Positions 46,201 through 53,516 of a stretch of 64,000 nt of DNA are shown here, piece after piece (within the stretch, counting starts at the first letter, position 1; every line of letters starts with the position of its first letter). Position numbers and translations under genes: made by a program. Below the pieces are notes generated by a model. It made no database searches and had not been told where the DNA came from. It saw nothing but the letters and a program-made list of their open reading frames with translations. Source of the stretch: an uncultured Ruminococcus sp. (GTDB lineage Bacteria > Bacillota > Clostridia > Oscillospirales > CAG-272); the NCBI GenBank assembly GCA_964434325.1, contig CAYSUO010000004.1:1661-65660 (forward strand), written 5' to 3'.

Positions 46201-47049
46201 ATAGTCGCTGTATATCGAGTTGGATAGCGGAAAGCGCGCAAGCACCGCCGTGTAGCGCACCGAGAGCTCGCCCTTCTCCGTCGGCTCCTTCATCTTCCCG
46301 TAGCCGAATATGTTTTTGAGATCCGCGTTCTCTATCTTCACGTAGGCGCTTTTTAGATATTCTATCACCGCCGCCACGCTTTTGAACGGCAGCTCGTCAA
46401 ATTCCAGATCCAATTGGCTAACGTCGATGCGCTTCGCCTGCGCATAGGCGAAAACGAGCGCGGGGTTGACGTATATCTTTTCCGCCTCGTTGCGAACGAG
46501 CTTGACGGTGTTCTCGTCGGGCATCTCTATTTTGACGGGGAAGAGAACGAGCGGCGCCTTAACAAGCGTCTTGTTGAAGCCTTGATTTATAGAGCCGAAA
46601 ACGAAGGGGTAGCCGACGTAGAGCTCGTATTTTCCCGTCTCCTTTTCGATGGCGTCCGTCTCTCTTTTGAGCTCTTTCAGCTTCGTTATCTCGCCGAGTA
46701 TCGCCCGCGCGCTCTCTTCCTTCGCCGCGCGCTCGTTGCGTTTCTTCTGCTTTTCCTCCTCCTCGGAGGGGATGAGCCCCGCCGCCTCCCAGTCGTAGGT
46801 GGGCGCGGGCTTAACGTCGAGGTTTTGAAGGAGGGAGCTCTTCTCGTTTTGCGCTATCAGGGTGAGCGGTAGCGCCTTGTCGGACCAGAGAAAATCGGCG
46901 AGCTCCGCTATCTTGTCGTCGCGCCCCTCAAATATTCGCCCAATGTCGTAAGCGCCGCGCCTTGCGACGCTTTTTAAATAAAGGCACTTGTTATTGCCGC
47001 CTATCTCGATGAGGCGTTCTTTATAATAAGTGTATATTCCTTTTCCCAT
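43204..47049 (-). CDS. 1281-aa DUF4011 / Upf1-like SF1 helicase (AAA_11/AAA_12) with a C-terminal Vsr/DUF559-like endonuclease fold
   Basis: Walker A is GPPGTGKSQT and motif II is VIFDEASQ. Motifs V/VI are NVQGDERD and NVAITRAK. The C-terminus VGVELDRD...ERDVYKPKFLEARGWTLIRVW resembles the Vsr/DUF559 core. Confidence 0.8.
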   Translation of the reverse strand: MGKGIYTYYKERLIEIGGNNKCLYLKSVARRGAYDIGRIFEGRDDKIAELADFLWSDKALPLTLIAQNEKSSLLQNLDVKPAPTYDWEAAGLIPSEEEEKQKKRNERAAKEESARAILGEITKLKELKRETDAIEKETGKYELYVGYPFVFGSINQGFNKTLVKAPLVLFPVKIEMPDENTVKLVRNEAEKIYVNPALVFAYAQAKRIDVSQLDLEFDELPFKSVAAVIEYLKSAYVKIENADLKNIFGYGKMKEPTEKGELSVRYTAVLARFPLSNSIYSDYSLLEKRKLTNDAIDELLRTAKARRRKPKRRARRARREGERYSYLVKKLDYAQSNVVKKVDEKGNVVIYGPPGTGKSQTIVNIITDAVCKKKRVLVVSQKKAALDVVYNRLGTLTDRAMYVNDESKEKREFYAKCLAAHQARESITEDGTADAEARYTDIARRIRSEEEKLNDIYRVLNEKRPFGLSLSEMYASSTMLSQSSVEYEIYTRMCENRALMALDYRELTEALFVIKSKSLEKMYYNFMQAKEKNPLIDHMQPEIDILTLGEVKTALLEIQKSKKGLFSTAKFPYYRQIMAYYGELSNEENLDEIVRMEARIKFGEGRAARRAFDGIKKSFLETLDAIEAFVAEYDCLHRVLSDDGYVAVIDNILRGNTQYIKLVYDALDNYIAQRDVNNLLESLDQNKILLLNFAYTASKSFQGYLDVIDKLLEIRIYHEVIRYEDICKEELAKTVDFANVTGRISKLLDEQTHVAAEITAGKCGLEYAKLYAAADNNKDYLHQISKKQKFWPIRRTMDAYGEFILELFPCWLLSPENVSNLLPLTKNLFDVVIFDEASQVFIESTIPTIFRGANIVVAGDAKQLRPSATFMKRYLGADPDGQDDPAMQAALEVDSLLDLAVSRYDSANLVYHYRSKHRELIDFSNHAFYDGTLQIAPNISRNLKERPIERYKVAGKWIDRRNEAEAKKVVELLGEIAATRKNNESIGIITFNSEQQSCIADAMDREAARSPEFRSFILKESRREDNGEDTSIFIKNLENVQGDERDIIIFSIGYAENADGRVYTSFGSLSAEGGENRLNVAITRAKSKIIVVTSIEPEALRVEGSKNLGPKLLKKYLMYVRAVAAGNAEEVCAILGDIDGAGDKAEPAPLLKPPTPVEEKMKERLEKLGYTVDIALGERNSRISLAIYDEETDRYLVGVELDRDAIQGSASVMERDVYKPKFLEARGWTLIRVWCRDWWLYPQRVIRTIAAAAERAKPTAQKKPKRRAARSDEALIAGETV

Positions 47050-47149
47050 CGGGTGCTCCTTCGCCTGTAAAATAACTCAATAAATATTTTAACACACGTT
47101 GCGTGAAAAATCAACAAGTTTTTACAAAAGTTTTAAAATCGATTTTTAG

Positions 47150-47400
47150 CAAAGATTTTAACGAAAGTCGCCAACGTACCCGAGCAAACGCGCACGCCAA
47201 AGCACGGAGCACGTTTGTAAGCGCCCTCGTGTCCGTGCCTTTGCGGTGTAGAGAGTGCGCCACCTCGCTCGTCGAGGACGTATACGAAGTCTCCACGCAC
47301 CCCGTGTCGCGCAATTCGCGCGCTTTCCTGTGCCGCACCGCCAATTCGCGAAAAACTTCGCCAAGCCCCGTGTCGCAATATCGCGTCGCCGAGCGTAGTC
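47150..47400 (+). repeat. Degenerate members of the CCGTG(Y)CGC / AATTCGCG motif family
   Basis: CCCCGTGTCGCGCAATTCGCG, CTGTGCCGCACCGCCAATTCGCGAAAAAC and CCCCGTGTCGCAATATCGCG resemble the units of the 991-1797 array. Confidence 0.4.
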
Positions 47401-47447
47401 GCTTTCAAGCCGCGCCGAGCTATAACGTAGCTTGATTTTCTTCGCCT

Positions 47448-47772
47448 TGCCGTTATAGCCCACCCATCTTCGCTTTGCACACCTCACGGCTCGCTTTCCA
47501 TTGCTCTGCCGTTATAGGCTCCTTCACTTTGCAACCTCACGGCTCGCTTTCCATTGCTCTGCCGTTATAGGCTCCTTCACTTTGCAACCTCACGGCTCGC
47601 TTTCCATCGCTTTGCCGTTATAGCCCCCTTCGCTTTGCACGCCTCACGGCTCGCTTTCATCGCTTTGCCGTTATAGCCCGCTCCCTCTTTGCACGCCCTA
47701 CGGCTCGCATTCATCGCTTCGTCGTTATAGCGCCCATGCAACTACGTACCTAAGCGCCGATTTCATCGCACC
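47448..47772 (+). repeat. Tandem array of 6 units of 53-59 bp
   Basis: TGCCGTTATAG(G/C)C...TTTGCA(A/C)(C/G)CCTCACGGCTCGCTTTCCAT(T/C)GCT starts at about 47448, 47507, 47560, 47613, 47666 and 47720. The distal units are progressively diverged. Confidence 0.85.
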
Positions 47773-47955
47773 TCCTTCGTCCTGTTGTTATGTAGTTATA
47801 CCGTGCATTGCTTCGTACACCTAACACTTCTTTCTCCTCCACTTTGCGCCTTTTTTTGTTGCGCCTCTTTCATTCGCTCCGCTCAAAGCACTTCAAAATA
47901 TATTATTTGTACAAAACCAACAAAAAAACGCCAAAAAAATTGCCAAACTCAACAG

Positions 47956-47984
47956 TTGATTTTTCGCCCGCTTAATGATATAAT
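47956..47984 (+). promoter_or_regulatory. SigA-type promoter with extended -10
   Basis: TTGATT (47956-47961), a 17-nt spacer ending in TGA, then TATAAT (47979-47984). Confidence 0.6.
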
Positions 47985-48028
47985 ATTTATAATAAAATAT
48001 TCAGTATGCGTTATAAGGAGATTTCGGT

Positions 48029-50320
48029 ATGAAACTTACCAAGCGTATTCTCGTGGTGCTCGCGGCAGTCGCCATTCTGGCGTCCTGCTTCGTTTTCGCA
48101 AGCTCCGCGGAGGCTGCGACGGATAATATTGAGGATATCCTCGAATACTACGATAACCCTCAATACGTTCTCGAAAATTTTGACGCGCTCACCGCGGGCG
48201 ACGCGTATTCCTACGTGAAGCGTGACGACGAGTTCGGCGTCAAGACCGAGTTCGTTTCGAGCGGCGCCCTCATCGCCACCGACTCGTCCGCCCCCGATAA
48301 CCTCGTTCTATCCTACACGGAAACGGAGGCGTCCAACGAGGATAAGCCCTTCGGCTACGTCGTCGTTCCCGACGAGCCAAGCACCAAGGTCGTCGCCATC
48401 GTTCGCATTCGTGCCGATAAGCCCGAGAATGCCGTGGCAATGAGCTTCGGCTTCAACGTCTACGCCACCGCAGCGAACGGCGCTCCCGTCGGTGAAAACC
48501 GACTCGTCTCACCCCTGACGCTCAATTTTGAAACAGGCGTCGTCACCTACGCTCGCGCTTCCGCAGTAGATGCTTCCGTGTTCAACTATCTCCCCGTCAA
48601 CGGCGTCACCGTCGAGGCAGGGAAGTGGTACACCGTTTCATTTATTATGAATTGCGAGCGCGCAACTTACAGCTTCTCCATTCAGGAGGACGGTGAGAAA
48701 GCCTATAATTCCGTCGAGGTATCTCTTGGAGACGCGGCGCTCATCGAAGAGTTCAACGCCTACTTCGTGAGCGGTCCTCGCTCCGTGGGCGCAAGCTCGT
48801 ATATCGACAATGTTAATATTTTCAGCGGCTCATTCATTCGTGGCTCCGAGTCGAGAAACGAGGCGACCACCAAGGCGCTCGTCGAGCTCAAAGCCCTTTT
48901 GGAGACGGAGCTTGACCTTGAAACCGAGATAAGAATAGCCGAGGTCTTTGCAAGGCTTGCAGAAACGGACTTTGAGCCCGTCGCGATAGAGGGCGTCGAG
49001 CTTGAAGAGGCGCAGGAGCTTTTCTCATCGGCGAAGAAATCCGTCCCCGCCACCTACGAAAAGGCGTTCGTGAGCGAGGTCTCCAATATCGACGTTTCCC
49101 GTTCCTTCTCCCGTCGCCAGAAGCAGATCGCCGTCGTTGAAAAATATATGGCATCCCTCAGCGCTGATCAGCTCAGCCTCAACTATGACTACGTGAAGGC
49201 GTACAAAGCCGAAAAGCGTGCGCTTGACGAGATAGAGAGAGATTCACTCGCATATATCGCGGCAATAGAAGAATACGATGAAACGAGTCGCGTCTATTCC
49301 TACATACTTGATAGCTACGATACGCTTTCCACTTACTCCTCGCGCAATGGCTCTTATCCAGGCGTCTACGAGTGCGCAAGCACGTTCAGCGAGCTTGAAA
49401 AGAAGGCGACGGAGATTCGCGCCAACGTTTCCGCATTCCGCGGCGGCGTTGCCGCAATGCGTGCCAACCTCGATTTCGCCAGCGTCTACGCGGGCTACGT
49501 TGAGGCATCGGCGGTTTATAACGACGGCGTTATTCACTCCGCAGTCGATTCCAACACCGTTCCTGGGCTCGTCGGCGATATCGCCTTCTACCTTGAAGAG
49601 CAGGTCAGGCTGACCAAGATAATCGAGGAGTGCGAAGGCTTCATCTCGGCGGTCACCCGTGCCAGCTCCGCCATGTACTATGCAACGATGAAGACCGAGC
49701 TCGCGGTCGCCGAGCTCTATCTTGACGATAATCTCGACGAGTACGTCGTCGAGGACGAATACCCTGGAATAGAAGAAGCCAAGACCAAGCTCATCGCAGT
49801 TCGCTCCAAGGTTGCCGCGCTTGAAGCGGCTGCCGAGGCATACGTCGAGGCGGTTGCCGAGATATCCAAGCAAGCCACCTTCACCGAAAAGAGAATGGCG
49901 GTCGAATACGCCTACGCGCTCAAAGAGAGCGGCAACGTCATAGGTATCGCGGGCGTCGCGGAAGCGAATATAGCTCTCGCCAATGCAGACAACCTGCTTG
50001 AAGTTCTTGAAGGAAACAGCAAAACTCTCATCGAGACCGTGGAAAAGCTGGGAGACTCGTCTCTTACCCTTTCCGAGCGCCGTGAGCTCATTATGACGGC
50101 GAAGAACGCCTACGATAATGCGGAGCCCACCTATCAGGGCGTTTTCGAGGCGGGCAACGCGCTCAGCTCCTATATGCAGGAGTACGCGGCAGAGGTCGCG
50201 GCGATAAACGCCTCCTTCTCCGCGCTCGTTTGCAATGCCAACTCGATTGCTGGTGCTGGAATAAATCAATCGCGGTTTGACGGTGTTATCGGCGTTATAA
50301 GAGCAATATACGCCGATTGA
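48029..50320 (+). CDS. 763-aa secreted protein with an N-terminal beta-sandwich (LamG/ConA-like guess) and a long alpha-helical region
   Basis: The signal peptide is MKLTKRILVVLAAVAILASCFVFASSAEA. SD TAAGGAGA precedes the start. GKWYTVSFIMN..ATYSFSI resembles LamG-type strands. I can name no family. Confidence 0.7.
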   Translation: MKLTKRILVVLAAVAILASCFVFASSAEAATDNIEDILEYYDNPQYVLENFDALTAGDAYSYVKRDDEFGVKTEFVSSGALIATDSSAPDNLVLSYTETEASNEDKPFGYVVVPDEPSTKVVAIVRIRADKPENAVAMSFGFNVYATAANGAPVGENRLVSPLTLNFETGVVTYARASAVDASVFNYLPVNGVTVEAGKWYTVSFIMNCERATYSFSIQEDGEKAYNSVEVSLGDAALIEEFNAYFVSGPRSVGASSYIDNVNIFSGSFIRGSESRNEATTKALVELKALLETELDLETEIRIAEVFARLAETDFEPVAIEGVELEEAQELFSSAKKSVPATYEKAFVSEVSNIDVSRSFSRRQKQIAVVEKYMASLSADQLSLNYDYVKAYKAEKRALDEIERDSLAYIAAIEEYDETSRVYSYILDSYDTLSTYSSRNGSYPGVYECASTFSELEKKATEIRANVSAFRGGVAAMRANLDFASVYAGYVEASAVYNDGVIHSAVDSNTVPGLVGDIAFYLEEQVRLTKIIEECEGFISAVTRASSAMYYATMKTELAVAELYLDDNLDEYVVEDEYPGIEEAKTKLIAVRSKVAALEAAAEAYVEAVAEISKQATFTEKRMAVEYAYALKESGNVIGIAGVAEANIALANADNLLEVLEGNSKTLIETVEKLGDSSLTLSERRELIMTAKNAYDNAEPTYQGVFEAGNALSSYMQEYAAEVAAINASFSALVCNANSIAGAGINQSRFDGVIGVIRAIYAD

Positions 50321-50361
50321 TCTCGGAAATCAACGATTGCCCGAAGCCGAAGCGATAAAAG

Positions 50362-50487
50362 ATGGTCGCTTTTTAGGCAAACAAGCGAAAAACGGTAGAA
50401 GTAAGATGTATCTCTGCTTCTACCGTTTTTTCGGAAAATCAAGCTTAAAACCTACGTTCACGCCGCTTTTATTGAATTTTAACGTGT
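50362..50487 (+). repeat. Dispersed palindromic terminator element, copy F (short)
   Basis: GGTCGCTTTTTAGGCAAACAAGCGAAAAAC, then the core hairpin, then GGAAAATCAAGCTTAAAACCTACG and TTTTATTGAATTTTAA. Confidence 0.8.
50394..50431 (+). terminator. Intrinsic terminator inside element F (ends the 763-aa gene)
   Basis: GGTAGAAGtaagatgtatctctgCTTCTACCgTTTTTT. Confidence 0.8.
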
Positions 50488-50574
50488 TCCCAACGGAGCG
50501 CGGCCCCGCTCGCTTGAATAAAATAAAAGTGCGAAGACAGTCGCAAGAATAGATATATGATACAAAGGAAAGAT

Positions 50575-51414
50575 ATGTCGATAAAAGACAGACTACAAGC
50601 CGTTTCCGATAGGCTCACCGAGGTGGCGGAGTCGGACAACGCCTATTTTCGCGCGCGCGGCGCGCTCCCCTCGCGCAAGGAGACGATAAGCGTCGTTAAA
50701 AATTTGCAAGCGCTTATGTTTCCCGCCTGCTTCGCGGTGAGCGACGACGTTCTTCTCACCCCCCGCGAGCGCCTTGATAAAACATTTCTCTTAGTGAAGC
50801 GGCAGATAGAAGCGGCTCTCGCCTGTGTCGGGGGCGAGAGGTGCCGAGCCGAGGAGCTTGCCATGGAGATAATTGCGCGCATTCCCGATATCAAGGAAGC
50901 TCTCTTGAAGGACGCACGCGCGATATACGAGGGAGACCCCGCCGCCACCTCGATGGACGAGGTCATTCTCGCCTACCCAGGGTTTTACGCCATCTCCATT
51001 TATCGCATAGCGCACGAGTTCTATTTGAGAAGGATCCCCTACGTTTCCCGCCTGATGACGGAGTACGCCCACGAGAAAACGGGCATCGACATTCACGCGG
51101 GCGCAAGCATCGGCGAGTATTTTTGCATAGACCACGGGACGGGTATCGTTATCGGTGAAACCACCGTGATAGGTGATCGCGTCAAGATATATCAGGGCGT
51201 CACGCTGGGGGCTCGGAGCTTTGAGCTCGACGAGAACGGAAACCCCGTGAAGGGCATCAAGCGCCACCCCGATATCGGCAATGATTGTATCATCTACGCG
51301 AACGCCACGATACTTGGCGGCAACACTAAGATAGGTGACGGTGCGGTGATAGGCGGCAACGTCTGGCTGACCCGCTCCGTTGAAAAAGGAAGGAAGGTAT
51401 ACTATGAAAAATGA
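50575..51414 (+). CDS. cysE: Serine O-acetyltransferase
   Basis: Diagnostic strings are DPAATSMDEVILAYPGFYAISIYRIAH...GIDIHAGA.IG..FCIDHGTGIVIGET. Hexapeptide repeats are present. The start at 50575 follows AAAGGAAAGAT. Confidence 0.88.
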   Translation: MSIKDRLQAVSDRLTEVAESDNAYFRARGALPSRKETISVVKNLQALMFPACFAVSDDVLLTPRERLDKTFLLVKRQIEAALACVGGERCRAEELAMEIIARIPDIKEALLKDARAIYEGDPAATSMDEVILAYPGFYAISIYRIAHEFYLRRIPYVSRLMTEYAHEKTGIDIHAGASIGEYFCIDHGTGIVIGETTVIGDRVKIYQGVTLGARSFELDENGNPVKGIKRHPDIGNDCIIYANATILGGNTKIGDGAVIGGNVWLTRSVEKGRKVYYEK

Positions 51415-52348
51415 AAAACGCATCGACATCGCCTATTTCCCGAATTGGACGAGGAAGGCGATCGCATTCACCATCGACGACGGAAATTGGAAGCTCGATA
51501 GAAAATTTCTCGGCTACGTTAAGCCCGCGGGCATTCGCGGAACGTTCAATCTCATATCCAGCTGGATAGACGACTCAAATCGCGAGACCTTCTTGGAGCT
51601 TTACAGCGACTACGAAATATCGAATCATGTTAAATACCACCCGATGGCAATCGCCGACGGGCACGGAACCGTCGTTTCCGACGAGCCCTTCGACGAGGCG
51701 ACCGCGGACCGCGCTCTCCTCTATAAAACGGATAAAAAGGGGCTCTATCACTACGCCCCCAGTATGAACGGAACGCGCTGGTTTATCGCGGCGGACAACG
51801 AAACCTACATCGCCCTCACCGAGGCATGCCACCGCGAGCTGGAAGCCCTCTTCGGCGTCGGGCGCGTCAAGGACTTCGTTTGGCCCTACGGTAAGCAGAA
51901 CAACGAGGAGCTGACGAAGGCTATCATAGCAATGGGCTATCGCTCCATGCGCGCCACCTTCCCCCCTCCGCCGCGCGATTTCCTCCCCCCCGAAAATAGG
52001 CTGGAATGGGGCTACAACGCGGATTGCGATACGATGACCGAGCGCGGCGCAATGTTTGAAGCCCTGCCCGACGACGGAAGAATACACTCCTTCATCTTCG
52101 GCGTCCATTCGCACGATTTTGAGAACGCGGGCAAGTGGGACGTGCTCGAAGACTTTTGCGCCAAATACGGCAACCGCCCGAACGATTTCTTCTACGGCAC
52201 CGTCGGCGACATCTTCGACTACGAGGACGCGATAAAGTCGGCGGAAGTAACGGAAAGCGCCGTTGTCAACCATTCCGATCGCCCCCTCTTCGCGGTCATA
52301 GACGGGGCGCGCGTCGAAATAGCGCCGCACGACAAGTATCCGCTTTGA
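51404..52348 (+). CDS. Polysaccharide-deacetylase-like (CE4/NodB-type) protein
   Basis: FTIDDGN and NHVKYHP resemble CE4 motifs 1 and 2. The start at 51404 overlaps the cysE end by 11 nt. Confidence 0.55.
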   Translation: MKNEKRIDIAYFPNWTRKAIAFTIDDGNWKLDRKFLGYVKPAGIRGTFNLISSWIDDSNRETFLELYSDYEISNHVKYHPMAIADGHGTVVSDEPFDEATADRALLYKTDKKGLYHYAPSMNGTRWFIAADNETYIALTEACHRELEALFGVGRVKDFVWPYGKQNNEELTKAIIAMGYRSMRATFPPPPRDFLPPENRLEWGYNADCDTMTERGAMFEALPDDGRIHSFIFGVHSHDFENAGKWDVLEDFCAKYGNRPNDFFYGTVGDIFDYEDAIKSAEVTESAVVNHSDRPLFAVIDGARVEIAPHDKYPL

Positions 52349-52504
52349 ATTTGAGCGAGGCAAAGCACGGTGACTTTTTTCGGGTATGAAACGTCGCCGC
52401 CGTGCAACGTGCGCGATATACAACGGTAAATAATACGACAATAGCGTAATAATAACACGTCGGTAAATAACAAAACTACAAATAGCACCGCAATAAACAA
52501 TACG

Positions 52505-52562
52505 ATAAAACAACAAATAATAACAAACAGCGCCCCGAAGCATTGTGCTTCGGGGCGCTGTT
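52505..52562 (-). terminator. 17-bp-stem terminator after the acyltransferase-domain gene
   Basis: AACAGCGCCCCGAAGCA (52526-52542), loop ttg, TGCTTCGGGGCGCTGTT (52546-52562). On the minus strand it is followed by TGTTATTATTTGTTGTTTT. Confidence 0.8.
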
Positions 52563-52585
52563 TGTCTCCGATATAAATTCCTTCG

Positions 52586-53482
52586 TCAGCGGATAAGATA
52601 GCCCTGTGCCGAGCCGACACGCCCGCCGCTCAAAAGGAAGCGCTTGTAGGCGCGTTGCAGGCTCGTCTCCTCGGGTAGCTCATCGTCGGGCGGTAGGTCG
52701 CTCGTCTCCCTGTTGAATATTCGCCAGAGCTCGTCGCGGTGCTCCACGAACTCGCCGAGCTCAAATTCGTTCAAAAAGTCACGTATGTTGGAGCCTCGCG
52801 GCAGAATGTCGCGGTGGAACGGAGCCAAAAGCCAGGAGTGGCAGGTGAAAACGAGCGGCGCACCGTCGAGGCGGGGCGCAAAGTATTCCTCGGCGAGGCG
52901 ATAGGAGAGCTCGCGATTCTGCTTGTCGAAGGGAATTTCCCGCATTGAGGGAATGTGCAGGGTTACGAGCGTGTCGCCGAGCTCAACGTTGAAGCGCTCG
53001 CTCTTGTGAGGGGCGCGCGCGGGTCTCAGCTCAAATTGGAGTCTGTGGAGGGCGACGCGCTTCGCGTAGTACCAGTTCTCAAACCAAGTGTCGCCGCGCA
53101 GTCCTATCATACCACTGATGGCTTCGCATTCACGAAGCTTGTATTTGAAATCGAGCATCGAGGCGCGCCATATTTTTTCGTCGAGCCCCGCTTCCTCGTA
53201 GTAGCGCTTCGAGTAGGGCGCCGTCGCAAGGCAAACTGCGAGGCTGACCTCGTGGTGGTGTAGACCTGTGAGAGCCGTAATCTTTTGAATCCCGAGAGTC
53301 AAAAGCTCCTGTATGCATTCCTCGCGCTCCTCGCAATAGCGCCGAGCAAAATCGAAAAAAACGGCGTAGGCATCTTCATTTTTCCGAATCTCGTCGTATA
53401 TGCGTAAGACCTCGGAGCGTTCTTCATCGGTAAATTCGAGGTAGCGCATAAACTCGTCGAGCCCGTCGCGTAGGTATATCAT
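52586..53482 (-). CDS. Acyltransferase-domain protein (DUF5596 N-terminus with GNAT-like C-terminus, from memory)
   Basis: ORF 52586..53482, 298 aa. The family call is based on overall resemblance only. Confidence 0.5.
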   Translation of the reverse strand: MIYLRDGLDEFMRYLEFTDEERSEVLRIYDEIRKNEDAYAVFFDFARRYCEEREECIQELLTLGIQKITALTGLHHHEVSLAVCLATAPYSKRYYEEAGLDEKIWRASMLDFKYKLRECEAISGMIGLRGDTWFENWYYAKRVALHRLQFELRPARAPHKSERFNVELGDTLVTLHIPSMREIPFDKQNRELSYRLAEEYFAPRLDGAPLVFTCHSWLLAPFHRDILPRGSNIRDFLNEFELGEFVEHRDELWRIFNRETSDLPPDDELPEETSLQRAYKRFLLSGGRVGSAQGYLIR

Positions 53483-53516
53483 AGTGCCTTCCTTTCGTCC
53501 GAGCCTTTGGCTTCGC

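Noticed and set aside
47103-47435. 110-aa ORF (GTG start) in the helicase-upstream gap
   Set aside because: It has no SD. It runs through degenerate repeat DNA and overlaps three antisense ORFs of similar size, so it is most likely a compositional artefact.
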